64,000 bases of DNA from Vicugna vicugna. Its lineage: Eukaryota. The notes under the pieces were generated by a model. It did no database searches, had not been told where the DNA came from, and was given only the letters and a program-made list of their open reading frames with translations. Shown here piece by piece: positions 15,503 to 28,700 of the stretch. Made by a program: the position numbers and the translations under genes. The stretch spans positions 9,108,239-9,172,238 of the forward strand of contig MU058636.1 in NCBI GenBank assembly GCA_013265495.1. Direction: 5' to 3'. Within the stretch, counting starts at the first letter, position 1. Each line of letters starts with the position of its first letter.

Positions 15503-15949
15503 TGATGCCGTTTGCAGCAGCATGGATGGACCTGGAGATCATCATTGTAAGTGAAGAAAGCCAGATAGAGAAAGAAAAAATGCCATATGAGATCACTCTT
15601 ATGTGGAATCTAAAAAAATGACACAACTGAACTTATTTACAAAACAGAAACAGACTCACAGACAAAGAACAAGCTTACGGTTACCAGGGGGGAAAAGGCG
15701 TAGGAAGGGATAAATTAGGAGTTCGAGATTTGCAGATACTAACTAATATACATAAAATAGGTTAACAGCAAGTTTACAATGTACAGCACAGGCAGCTATA
15801 TTCAGTATCTTGTAGCAATCTATAATGAAAAAGAACATGAAAAGGAATATATGTATGTGTACGTATGACTGAAACGTGACGCTGTGCACCAGAGACTGAC
15901 ACAGCAGTGTAAACTGACTAGACTTCAGTAATTTAAAACAATTTTTTTT
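15503..15949 (+). mobile_element. LINE-1 3' fragment (inside duplication copy 1)
   Basis: atgccgtttgcagcagcatggatggacctggagatc followed by L1 3' UTR; possible short TSD aatagtat at 15495-15502 and 15950-15957. Confidence 0.88.
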
Positions 15950-18900
15950 AATAGTATAGGAGCTGCTTTTACACTTTGTGCATCAGCGGTGTGCGACCTC
16001 CAGCTCAGTAAGCTGGTGAAATGCTACCTACACGACATAAAAGGCTTGAAAGAGGCGCAGAGATTCACGCCCGCTTTCCAGGGGATCGTTACCCTTCCAG
16101 CGAATCTAGCTTGCATGTCTTAACTGACAGTGGTCCAGAGTGCATGTTTGGAAATTCTTTGAAATGTCAGTACATCTTACTAGCACAGGACTGGATCTAG
16201 TTCAGTATACTCAGAGGACAAATAAACTATTAGCAGGAGCTGTTTGATTAATTCTCTGAGGAGAGCTTCGTTACCTTGTTCAAAACATGACATCCCTTGA
16301 CATTTCTGTGAAGTGGGAGATGCCATTAAACTCTTGGTTGTAATGATGGGAGACCCAGTAATTTAGTTATGTATGGTGTCTGTTTCTTCTTTTTCTTTTG
16401 AAACAGTGAAAGTAATACAAAGGTATGTGAGTCACCATGGCCCTAGTTCCTTAGTTTCTGAAAGAAATCAAAGCAGATCAAGAAAAAAAAATGAGAGCAG
16501 TTAGTCTTTGCTCTAACCTGGTTTTCCTCCTGTATTCCTAACCTTGGTGAGTAGTTCTGCCATGACTAGATTCCTACCTCCCGCTCCCCACCCCACATCC
16601 TTGATTCTGTCTCCTTTGTATCTCTGAATGTAGAGCTTTGTTCCTCTTCGCACACGCCAGCCTGGCAAGCAGCCACCTGGACCTCTCCTGCCAGTCGCAG
16701 GAAAACAGTCACCGCTGTTACCAGAAAAGGCGAAGGCTCCAGCCTGCTGTGCGAGAACGCTAACCATTTTGTATAATTCACACTGAAGAATGACCTGACG
16801 GCTCACAAGAAAGTGAGCACAGGGGAACTGTGCCAGGACCGAGGGCCAGTTCGCCCAGAAACCAGCTTTCAAATCCATGGAGTGTGAACTTGCAGGTGCG
16901 GCCCCTGCTAGGGCGGTCCTCAGACCTTACGGCTGCAGTGAATTGAATAGGATCATAGTGTTCACGGCACTAAACGAACTCACGTCTCTATTCCTCAGGG
17001 CTCCACAGATATCCTGTATGTCATGTAATAATGACTATAATATATAGTCACAGGCAACTATTATATGTAATAATAGCGTAGGTGTGCTAAGCCTTTTACG
17101 TCCATGATTTCGTCTAACACAGACACACAAACTATGAGCATGGTCATGCTGTGCCTCAGTTGTTATCCGTGAGCAGTTAGGCAACCTGCTCCAGGTCAGA
17201 GAGCTGAGAGGCATCTAGCCAGGCTGAGCAGAGTCCGCGGCACCGGCCGCTGGGCTGGCCACCTCGCGGTGGACGGGCAGCGTGCATATTGCTTATGTAT
17301 TCTACACTGTGATGCTGAAAAGCAGCACGAGGCATCCTGACAGAGAACTTTACAGGATGAAACAAGCTGCATACGCTCCTGTGCCTGCAGCCCCAGAGCG
17401 TCCTAGGAGACTTAAAATGTTAGTAGTTACAGATACGAGGCTGACTTGTACGGGAACCATTTTGGCTCACCTTTTATCAATTATAATTCCACCAGGATCA
17501 TTAGGGGAGTATATTAGTGGAGTCTGGCACTTCAGTTGCACAAGGAAAAGCATTGTTTTCCCACATCATTTAGCAAATTGCCCAGTGGAAGGGGTTGCCC
17601 TTCTGAAGGACTGGGTTTGGGCTGTCTTGTCAAGTCCTTATGGAGAAATGCCGTCTTGTGTTTGTTTTGTCTTTTTCCTGGTAACGCTATCTGCCTGACT
17701 CCCGTCTTTTCCACATAGGAGAGTAAATGCTGACCATGTAAGACCATCTTGTAAATGTCAAAGGATAAATATTGCTCATTTATTATCACTCAAACCCTGA
17801 TCACTAAATATTTATAGGAACCTCAAAATCTCAGTCATAGAGGAATTCCATTTTAGTGCTAAAAAACACATCAATCTGAGAAGCAACTTCTCAGACACTA
17901 GACTCCAGAGTTTGTACACTTAAAATCATTAAAAGAGATATTACAATGAAAAACAATAAAATATATGAGGTTGAATAATTAGAAAAGATCTCTAATTGTT
18001 AGTGTTTGCATCAGAAATTCCAAATTATTCACCAGCAACCAGTATTCTTTTGTTGAAATCATGAAGTGCAAAGAGAATGCCAGTAAACCAAAGCTGCAAC
18101 TTGGCTGAAAGCGAAAGGTTTGAAGTCTTGACCTGCAAGTTCCTTGATGTAAACAGAAGCCAGAGGCTATGAAATACTACTGTGAAATCACAGACGTCTG
18201 AGTCTTTTTTAAGTCCAGACAGTGCGCTGTGTACCAATGGCCTGTTGCTGAGAACATATACTTCATAAAATCCATTACTAAACAGACATAGCTTCTCCTT
18301 TTATTGTATTAGAATGAAAAATTAAGAAAAACATTTTGGAATATATATATACTATTTTCTGACGCTGTCGATATATCAGTTGGTCACTGTGGAAATGTGA
18401 AACCTGCTAGTTTGCTTCCTGAAGAAACTTGCCACCAACCGGAAGTAGTTCTTGAGTTAGTGGTCCCGACGGAGCCACCAGGTTCCCTGTACCTTCCTTT
18501 CTCTTCACAGATAGATGTAACCTTTCACAGGAGTGAGAGAGGTTTCGTGATTTCCTGAGGAAGCAGGTCTCCATTCTGCCCTACAGAGGCAGACACTGGA
18601 ATCTCTTTTTTTCCTCCCTTCATTCCTAGTTTATAAATCATAAACATATGTTTTTTGTCATTGGCCTTAAATCTTCCTTTAAATGATGTGGAGACACTTG
18701 CTACTGACCTTGAGAGATACAAGATTACCTGGTAAATTGTATGGGTAGTAGGTATCGTTGGATAAAACCAGCGGACGACATCATGCTACAAATAATCCCA
18801 TTAATAATCTGTGTGAGGCGTGTAAAATGTAGCTAAAACTGAAAACACTATCCTCTTTTCTTTAGTAACGGTTTGAAGCACTTAAAACTTATGGCTAAAA

Positions 18901-19880
18901 CTTTCCCTTCATACTTCTGGAGAAATAAAGCATTCTCTTCATCCTTGCTCTAAGAAACAGGTCTTCATTCTGCCAGAGTGAAACAGACAATGGATATAAT
19001 ATATATTCAGAGATTTATGTATTTAAAGCATTTGCTGAGCATCTCTAATGCACCAGATGTTGTGACCGAGGATTTGTCCTGCCCTCACTCCGTATATATT
19101 CACATCAGCACAGTGTACCACTTCGTAGCACCCCCCTGAGTCGTGGCCACTCCCCACGGCACCAAAGACACCATGGTGAGCAAGGCTGGCCCAACCTACA
19201 GAGGATTCCAACAGGGAAACAGGCAAACAGATACAAAATGGCAACTGAAAAAACCAGGCTCTGTGTGCAACGGGTGCTTTCAAAGGGGCACCCAGTGCGA
19301 CCCGAGGGTCCAGAAAAGCCACACAAAGAAGCAAGAAGGCTGAGCCACTGATGTGTATTGTCACACGTGCCCCCAGGCTGGGACAGTCTCTTAACTGTGA
19401 AGACAACTGCACTGTCCAGATGACCCAAATCACCGCACAGGTCAGCAGTCACTGAGTTAAACACAGTCCTGTGACAAGAAATAAATTGGTTGGTAGAGCT
19501 TCAATAGGCAGCACTTAAAACAAATAAGTCAGAAGAGTTGGGATATTGACATTGTGAGAGAAAAATAGCTTTCCTTTTACGCTGCGTAGGGCTGAAATAC
19601 ATCTCAGCTTCAATCTCCCTGAGGCTGTTTCAATGACAGCCTGCTTCACAGTCCCCGGAAGGACGCCGCAAAGCTAAAACTCTGTGCTTCAAAATGCCAA
19701 CAAGAAGCTCATTCTTCTTGTTTTTTTGTTGATCAAGACTCACACTTATTCAGAGGGGGTAATTTTCAGGATGGCACTCACTGCCAGGGAAAGCTTTAAA
19801 AAGCCAAAGCCATAAAGCCCTTTACAATCTCAGTGCTGCGAGGTAATCCTGTGAGTCCAAGATCAAGTTATAAATAGTAT

Positions 19881-20327
19881 TGATGCCGTTTGCAGCAGCA
19901 TGGATGGACCTGGAGATCATCATTGTAAGTGAAGAAAGCCAGATAGAGAAAGAAAAAATGCCATATGAGATCACTCTTATGTGGAATCTAAAAAAATGAC
20001 ACAACTGAACTTATTTACAAAACAGAAACAGACTCACAGACAAAGAACAAGCTTACGGTTACCAGGGGGGAAAAGGCGTAGGAAGGGATAAATTAGGAGT
20101 TCGAGATTTGCAGATACTAACTAATATACATAAAATAGGTTAACAGCAAGTTTACAATGTACAGCACAGGCAGCTATATTCAGTATCTTGTAGCAATCTA
20201 TAATGAAAAAGAACATGAAAAGGAATATATGTATGTGTACGTATGACTGAAACGTGACGCTGTGCACCAGAGACTGACACAGCAGTGTAAACTGACTAGA
20301 CTTCAGTAATTTAAAACAATTTTTTTT
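19881..20327 (+). mobile_element. LINE-1 3' fragment (inside duplication copy 2)
   Basis: Duplicate of 15503-15949. Confidence 0.88.
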
Positions 20328-21009
20328 AATAGTATAGGAGCTGCTTTTACACTTTGTGCATCAGCGGTGTGCGACCTCCAGCTCAGTAAGCTGGTGAAAT
20401 GCTACCTACACGACATAAAAGGCTTGAAAGAGGCGCAGAGATTCACGCCCGCTTTCCAGGGGATCGTTACCCTTCCAGCGAATCTAGCTTGCATGTCTTA
20501 ACTGACAGTGGTCCAGAGTGCATGTTTGGAAATTCTTTGAAATGTCAGTACATCTTACTAGCACAGGACTGGATCTAGTTCAGTATACTCAGAGGACAAA
20601 TAAACTATTAGCAGGAGCTGTTTGATTAATTCTCTGAGGAGAGCTTCGTTACCTTGTTCAAAACATGACATCCCTTGACATTTCTGTGAAGTGGGAGATG
20701 CCATTAAACTCTTGTGTTGTAATGATGGGAGACCCAGTAATTTAGTTATGAATGGTGTCTGTTTCTTCTTTTTCTTTTGAAACAGTGAAAGTAATACAAA
20801 GGTATGTGAGTCACCATGGCCCTAGTTCCTTAGTTTCTGAAAGAAATCAAAGCAGATCAAGAAAAAAAAATGAGAGCAGTTAGTCTTTGCTCTAACCTGG
20901 TTTTCCTCCTGTATTCCTAACCTTGGTGAGTAGTTCTGCCATGACTAGATTCCTACCTCCCGCTCCCCACCCCACATCCTTGATTCTGTCTCCTTTGTAT
21001 CTCTGAATG

Positions 21010-21900
21010 TCACATCCTCACTATCTTTGCCCATCTGAACTGCCACCACCTTGTCCGAGCCAGCTTCCTATCTGGCCTAGATCCTGCAGTTGCTCACTAA
21101 TCTCTCTGTCGCTAGTGCTCACCGCCCACCCCCCACCACAGTGTATCCATCCTCTAGACCCTTCAGTGATGTTTGAGTCACATCCTTCCTGTTCTTAAAA
21201 CTGAGCCTCCCTCTCATGTGATAAATTCTAGGACAAGGTTCCCGCCCCTTAGCTTAGCACACGTGATCTGGCTATTACCTTCGGTTTTCTCCCAGCCCCC
21301 ATCACCTCACCCCGCATAGCACACCAGCCGCGCCAAATTCTCTGCAGTCCCAAGCACTTGCGGCTGTCCACTCACCCTCTGCTCTAGTGCTGCTTGGAAA
21401 GTCCGCCCACTCCGTTGTCTCATACCTCACCTGGATATGAATTAGCCTCAGATATCTGACTGCTAATAATAATAATAACTCAGCCCAGCTGAGCACTTAC
21501 TATGTGCAGGTAATGTGCTAAGTGTTTTATGGCCTTCTTATTTAGTCCTTTAAAAGAAAACACCCACAATAAAGGTCAGGGGAGAACTAAGAGGAATGAG
21601 GGAAGACGCAGAGGAGAGTGATAATCATAAAGAGAAGAGGATGAAGATTCAGGAAGACAGGGGTGGTCCACAGTGTTAAATTCTGCAGAGATTTAAAAAA
21701 TAAAAAGGGCAAAGATTTGCAACATGGGGTTGAATGCTGAGAAGAGAAGGGTGCCAGTCAACTTGGAGAGAGTATTTCTGGAGTGTTTTGGAGGTTGAAG
21801 CTTATATCAGCAAGTTTCAAAGTTAATGGGAGCTGGAAAAGTGAAGGTAATGGATAGTCTTTCAAGTTTAAGATCCGATAGTGGTGCTTGTGGCCATGGA
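21010..21900. mobile_element. Cluster of degraded L2 and MIR fragments
   Basis: Pyrimidine-rich L2-like block (21010-21460), MIR-like gagcacttactatgtgcagg (about 21490) and a purine-rich L2-like block (21600-21900). Confidence 0.5.
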
Positions 21901-22733
21901 CTAAAGGGTGATAACATCGAGGGAAAGATTCTTTGTGATGATTTTAAGTTGAAAAGAAAAAGTGAGAAGGTAGATAAAGATTGATAACACAGGTAACGTA
22001 ATAAAATCAGCAGTCCAAGCCAAGCACTTAGAATCACACCATGCGTGGAGACACAGGCTAGTCTTAGGAAGCCGTGTTGTCTGGTGGCTAACCCTGGCTC
22101 CCCCTTATAAGATAAATCATCTTGGGACAGTTACTTAACCTTTTAGTACCTCGTAACAGCACTTACCTCACAGGACCGTTACGAAGAATAAATAAATTAA
22201 TACAAGTGAAGCACTTAGAACACCAGTGTGTTTAGCTACCGTGATTAGTATTGTCAAGATGAGTACAAGGGCGTGTTCACTTCTATTTCAACTACTGGAC
22301 CAGGCACTCTTCCAAGACGAGGGCTGCATCTTTATCAGCATCTTCAGCACAGAGCCCATTGCCTGGCCCACGATAGGTGTTCAGTGACCATGCACCACCT
22401 GGATGGATGAACGCATGAAAGCAGGCAGGCTGGCCAAGGCTACCTTTCTTAACACTCCTACTATTGCTATTTTTATAGTATTTTTAAAAATTCAGACTAA
22501 AAGTATAAAGCTTTATTTATCAAAAAAATATATATATACAGGGAGTGTGTTTATAAAATGCCAAGACTTCTAAGAATGAGATATGTGCCTTTTAGTTCAT
22601 TTGAATTTCCCTAGGTCCTCCTCTGAAAACCGATGGCTAATCTCTCACCTGAAGGCTGCAGAGAGTCATTGCTGTTGCTCTAGAAAGCTCTGTCTGCTCG
22701 AGCTTATGTTCAGCTGTTAGAATATAGATGCTA

Positions 22734-23473
22734 GACAAATTCTGGAGAGGCTGTGGAGAAAGGGGAACCCTCCTACACTGCTGGTGGGAATGCAGTTTGG
22801 TGCAGCCACTGTGGGAAACAGTATGGAGATTCCTCAAAAGACTAGGAATAGACTTACTGTATGACCCAGGAATCCCACTCCTGGGCATATATCCAGAAGG
22901 AACTCTACTTCAAAATGACACCTGCACCCCAATGTTCATAGCAGCACTATTTACAATAGCCAAGACATGGAGACAGCCTAAATGTCCATCAACGGATGAC
23001 TGGATAAAGAAGAGGTGGTATATTTATACAATGGAATACTACTCAGCCATAAAAACCAACAACATGATACCATTTGCAGCAACATAGATGCTCCTGGAGA
23101 ATGACATTCTAAGTGAAGTAAGCCAGAAAGAGAAAGAAAAATACCATATGAGATCGCTCATATGTGGAATCTAAAAAACAAAGCATAAATACAAGACAGA
23201 AATAGACTCATAGACATAGAATACAAACTTGTGGTTGCCAAGGGGGTGGAGGGTGGGAAGGGATAGACGGGATTTTAAAATTGTAGAATAGATAAACAAG
23301 ATTATACTGTATAGCACAGGGAAATATACACAAGATCTTATGGTAGCTCACAGAGAAAAAAATGTGACAATGAATATGTATATGTTCATATATAACTGAA
23401 AAATTGTGCTCTACACTGGAATTTGACACAACATTGTAAAATGATTATAAATCAATAAAAATGTTTAAAAAAA
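22734..23473 (+). mobile_element. Young 5'-truncated LINE-1 with perfect 15-bp TSD
   Basis: ORF2 C-terminal motif [17 protein letters not shown], 3' UTR and A-tail. TSD agaatatagatgcta at 22719-22733 and 23474-23488; target context TT|AGAA. Confidence 0.96.
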
Positions 23474-26400
23474 AGAATATAGATGCTAAACAGCTTCTTA
23501 GTGGCATTTTATTTATCTGAACACTAATAGCCTTGAATTGGCTTTTAACTTTCCCCATAAAAGCCATTTATTTAGCTGTCCAAGTCCATCACCAACCTCC
23601 TCCCCGAGCTCCGTCTTAACCACCTGGCTCACACAGCTCAGCCCTAACCCAGGGCTGCTGCTTCCACCCCAGGAGGTGCTATGCTTTTTTTTTTTAATTC
23701 CTCTTTTTAAAAATATTAAACAGCCTTTCGTGCACTATAAATTGAAACAAAACACAAATTTAAAGGATGAAACACAATGTTATCTTAGGACCCATAGATT
23801 TATCTGGATATGGGAAGTCATGTGAAAACCATCATGCCTCCATTTTTCCTATCTGGGTTTGCAGTTTCTCCTTAGTTTGCAAACCATTTGTCAAAAAGAA
23901 TGGTTTTCGAACTCCTGTTTTTCCTGGAGGGGAAGCAACTGTTTCTTTCCAGTAAGGAAGGAGACAGTCGGCATAAACAGGTTGTGGGGAAGTTGAGTGA
24001 GAGAAATAGCAGCCAACTCGGATCATCACGGGCAAGAGGAGCAGCGGTCCGAGAGGGGCAGGAGGAACGTGCCTAGACCTGCAAGTCCATGAGTGATCGG
24101 TCTTCGCACGGCTGGGCTGGGTGGTCTCCACACTGAAGACCAGAAAGCCAAGAACCAAAGAGGCTGACTTCTCCAAAGTCCGGCATTCAGAGGTGGCTGA
24201 AGGAGGACCAGCACTCATGGCTCTTAGAACAGTTCCCTGGATTGATTTCCCACCACATCACAGGAGGATGGAAGATTCCCAGGACCCTTTTCAGGTCCTC
24301 CACTAGGAAGCAACGGAGCAGAGTCAGCAGCTGCTACTGAGTCCCACTCACAAGGAGAAAGAAGTCGAATTCTTACCAAAAAGGAGCACCTCCTCTCAGC
24401 ATGAAATGCAACAGCTTCAGCTGTTTATCCTGGAGTCCCTTCCTTTGCCGCCTGCCGGCATGTTTCAAGTGTCAATTGTCGAATAGTCTGTGGTCAAGAT
24501 TATTTATTTTTCGAGTGTCAACCACATGCTTTTTTCCTGAGACCTCACACAGACCGTGTTTGACATCATGTTGGCCGTGATCTTTCTTAATTCAGCTGTT
24601 GGGATTCCCACATGAATCACCCTGATGTCAAAGTCTCCACGGATCCTGAAATCTTGCTTATGAAGTTCGCTTTAGTCAGCAGGATTGAAAATGTACATGT
24701 GTATCTTCTGATCGACGGGTTTTGGCGCAGTAACAATTTTAAATGAATGGAGAGTTTAAGCATAGGGTGACATCTTGTTTTCTTTTCCTATAGTGGTTTG
24801 ATCTTGTTTTTTTAATGAAGAAATTTATCATTGCAACTGAAGGATACTGATCTATAACATAGTCTAAATATTTCTTACGTGTCTCTCTCTTTGCAGAATC
24901 TTACTATACATCATTAAAGAAAATACCCTAAAAATGTTCACCTTTCCAGGTAGTTAATCATTTGCAGGAAGAGTACTACATGATAGAACATGCACAGATT
25001 TTACAGTCTTAGAGGCTTACATTTGAACCCTGCTTCTACTGCATATGAGCTTTGTGACCTTGGGACAATTAATCTCCTAACGTTCAATTTAATTTTGTTT
25101 ATAAACTGCAGATAAAACTAACGACCTTGCAAGGCTGTTGGGAGCACTGTAGGCAATAGAACAAAGATGCTAGAGACAGATTCGATGTGACCTGCAGAGG
25201 CAGACACTCAATGAAAGTAACTATCCCATCGTAATATTATTCCTGCATTAACTTTAATGTCAGTTGGTGTGTTCTCACAAGATGAGCTTTACAGGCATAA
25301 TGATTGCTTTGGATTAGAAACCCTGGAAGCAGTATCAGGCTTAGTCTTATGTCTCCACACATTTTTCATGACCTCCCATATGTCAGGCACCACGCTTCTC
25401 GTTGGAGTTTGTGGATGAACAATACTTGATTTCTGCCTTTGGGGAAGCCTCTGTCTAATGAGGGAGGTGATGGAGTGAATGAGGCATTTGGACACAGCGT
25501 GAAAAGTACAATGTGAGAAGCATGGAAAGGCAGGACTTGCTCGACAGCTGCCAACCCAGGGGGAGGTTATATGTGAAAATGGAAAGACACAAACTTTGCA
25601 GGACCTTGGAACTCTCAGATAATGAATTTTTGGAACGTGCTTATTGCTCCCTGGAGACCAGACCCCCCCCCAACACTGAGAAATACTGCAGCCAGTTGGT
25701 AAAGAGGCCAGACTCTGTTAATAGTAAGAAATATTTCAAAGATTTTAACAAGGGAGGGAGGGGGGAGACACTTTCTGCTCTGTAATTAAGACTTTTCTTA
25801 AATCTAATATTTTGAGGTTATGTTTAATGGAGGTATGTTGCACAGATTAATTCTTGCTTAGCAATAATAGTTTATTACGAAACTATTACATAAGTACCAA
25901 ACAGAAGTACATCAACCAAATGGCAGTAGGCTTATCTTCCTCACCAAACCCACCGCCTCTCCCTTGAGGTCACGGAAGTCCAGTGTGGCTTTTCTACACA
26001 CACAGTTACATGTATACATTTCCTCTTTACTTTGGTTAGAAGTCATTCTTGTTACATGTGCTCATGCTTGAGGCAGACAGTCTGACTTCCTTTCCACCTA
26101 CTGGTTATCCTTGAACTCCTGGACTTCGGCGTCCTCATCTGCAAACTGGAGATGACAACAGTACCTACCTCAAAGGGTTATTAGTGCTTAGAGCAGTTCA
26201 GGCACACTGAAAATGCTCAATAAATATTTGTTACACCACTTGATCGAATTATGCATGTTATCATAACAATATATCATGAAGAACTTTTTGTGTCAGTATG
26301 TATAAACTAACTCTTTTTAAGGGCTACGTAGTATTCAGTGTGGCTGTAACATATTTAACAATCCCTTATTGAAGAGTATTTAGGGTGTTTTCAGATCTTT

Positions 26401-27339
26401 TTCTATGACACGCATGGGGTAGTAAATATCATTTTTCACCTACACAAGGTATCATTTATTTCCCTGGTACTTGCCATATATATTCAATTTCAGATGCCAT
26501 AAAGAATACTATTTAGGAAATCATAAATTTTAATCCATTGAGTTGAGAAATCAGTTAGTGACTCATGACCAGTTTTTCCTTCCCCTCCCTTGTTTATGTA
26601 ATATGACGTCGTACAGGATAGAAACAAAAATTAAAACAGTTTTAAAAGCACTCTCCTAGAGGCGCGTTCTCAACAATATGTGTTAAATAGAGAATATTCA
26701 GCAAGCTTTCTTCAAATATTACTGGGTCTTGGAAAACTGATGATTGTGACATTTAAATTTCATGTTAAGCTTGTATTGACCGTGAAAAAGACAAAAGCCA
26801 GAGTTTTGAAGTGAAAGTAGATGGATAGTGAAATCTCTGATAATATTATCCTTTTTGGAGGAAGGCTTATCGCGTATCCTCAGCTGAAGTCTTGGGAAGA
26901 TTCAGTCTTTATAAGCAGTTTAGACATGTACTGACTTTTCTTTATTCTTTCTGAGAAAATTACAGTTGGCAAGAAAAAGAAATGTCAAAATATGCCTCTA
27001 AACTGATACATACTCTTAAACTTATATAGTTGAACTTTATTTTTCAACAAGAATTTTGAAAATGCTTTTTAAAGACTAAATATGTGATCATTCTTAAGAA
27101 TGTATGTTTATCTACTTAAAGTATTTCTTGAAAGAAAAGTAGAAAGAGGCCCAGTAAAAATGATTTTAAACTATTTATAGCAGGAATTCTTCTAGTTTTT
27201 TTTTCCTTCCTTGTTTTTCCTATTTACAAAAGTAATCAATGCTACTTATTTTAAAAAAATAAAATATATAACAGATTAATGTGTGTAAGAAATGTGTAGC
27301 AAAGGAGGTAAAAATTCCTCCTGTAAAAATTTTTTTCTT

Positions 27340-27548
27340 AGATAAACATCAAGGATCTCCTTGTTGTTTATCACAGGGAACGGTATTCAATTTCTTATAA
27401 TAATATATAATGGAAAAGAATCTGAAAAGAATATATATATGTATGTATGTATGTATGTGTGTAACTGAATCTCATTGCTGTACACCTGAAACTAACATTG
27501 TAAATCAATCACACTTTAGTAAAAAATTTAAAAACTTTAAATAAAAAA
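27340..27548 (+). mobile_element. LINE-1 3' UTR terminal fragment
   Basis: agataaac...cacagggaac...taactgaatc...gctgtacacctgaaactaac...A-rich tail; resembles the 3' end of the L1 at 10199-11363. Confidence 0.8.
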
Positions 27549-27699
27549 TTAATTTTTTACAGAAACATACAAAAATAATACAGCATAATATGCTCTATCT
27601 AAAATTAACCAATGTACCATTTTTCATGGTGGCCTCAGGTTGATTAAAGAAATCAAACACTATATATAAAACATCAAGTCCCCTCTGGCACCATTCAGT

Positions 27700-28700
27700 T
27701 GCCATAGTCCTCCTAAGTAGCAATGATCATAAATTGGATAACTATCTCTTTCAACTTGCTTGCTTTCTTTTTTTTTTCAAGTCAGCATTGTTTTCAAGAT
27801 CTGATTATTTTCTGCATTTAGATGGATATTAATTGTCCATTTCCCTGCTGACATTGTAAGTGTAAATAATGTTGCATTAAACATATTTGTAAGTGTTTCC
27901 GAGTATGCATGTACAAAACTTCTCTAGGGTATATACCTTAAGGTTGAATTGATGGGTCATGCTGGTGTACAGTCTCAGTTCTACCAGGTATTGCAAAATC
28001 TCTCCAAAGTGATTGAGTCCATTTGCCTTCCTACCAGCAGTGTCTAAGAATGTCTGTTTTCTCCCCATATTGTTGAACTGTTTGGGTTTTGTTCATCTTT
28101 TAAGTATTAAATAATGTCTCATGTTAAGATATTTACATATAACAAAAAGTTTTTCTCTTCTGAGACTTAAATATTTGCATAATTTTTCAATTTTCCCATT
28201 TGCTGTTAGAATTTTTGTTGCAGGTTTATGGTAGTTTTTATTTTGAATACTAACCTCTTGTTTGCAGGGCAGGGATACATACATTAGACAAAAGTTATGT
28301 TGTGATTTTTTTTAATACTCCTACTAAATTGTTTTGCCTCACTTATCACTTTCTGAGCACTGTAAGATTTTAAAAACCCACTATAATTGTAGATTAATCA
28401 ATATTTTCCTGTAATCCTATCAGTTTTTGCCTCATATGTTTTAACACAGATGCGAGATTGTCAGATAATCTTGGTGGGTAGTTCTTTGGTGTTACGTAGA
28501 GTTCTTCTGTATTAATGATTATGCTTCAAATTGTATTTGAACTTTTGTTAATATTGCTACACCACCTTGCTTTTTTCCTGTTTGGCATCATACATACTTC
28601 TTATGTCCTTATATTTTTTTCACATTTTCCTCAAATTTTGTTTACAGCTTTTTTTATGCATTTTGGGGTTTTTTTTAAACCCAATTTGTTTTAAATAAGA
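27700..28700 (-). mobile_element. Old, degraded L1 (L1M-type) remnants
   Basis: Antisense L1-like motifs (gggtatataccttaaggttgaattgatgggtcat; ttcctaccagcagtgtctaagaat) in T-rich sequence. Boundaries approximate. Confidence 0.55.

Larger units (their letters stand above)
12252..21010 (+). repeat. Head-to-tail tandem duplication: copy 1 12252-16631, copy 2 16632-21010
   Basis: Both copies start agagctttgttcctcttcgc and end cctttgtatctctgaatgt. About 17 differences counted by eye. The ORF track repeats at offset 4378-4380. Confidence 0.97.

Noticed and set aside
12904..19464. Paired ORFs of 119-138 aa (e.g. 12904-13320/17282-17698 and 14645-15055/19023-19433) as a duplicated novel gene family
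   Set aside because: They recur only because of the tandem duplication. Most use non-ATG starts, and none shows a recognisable domain or exon structure.
10562..23429. ORFs 10562-10900, 10671-10925, 22637-22888, 22728-23087 and 23208-23429 as host genes
   Set aside because: They are fragments or antisense reads of truncated L1 ORF2 and 3' UTR.
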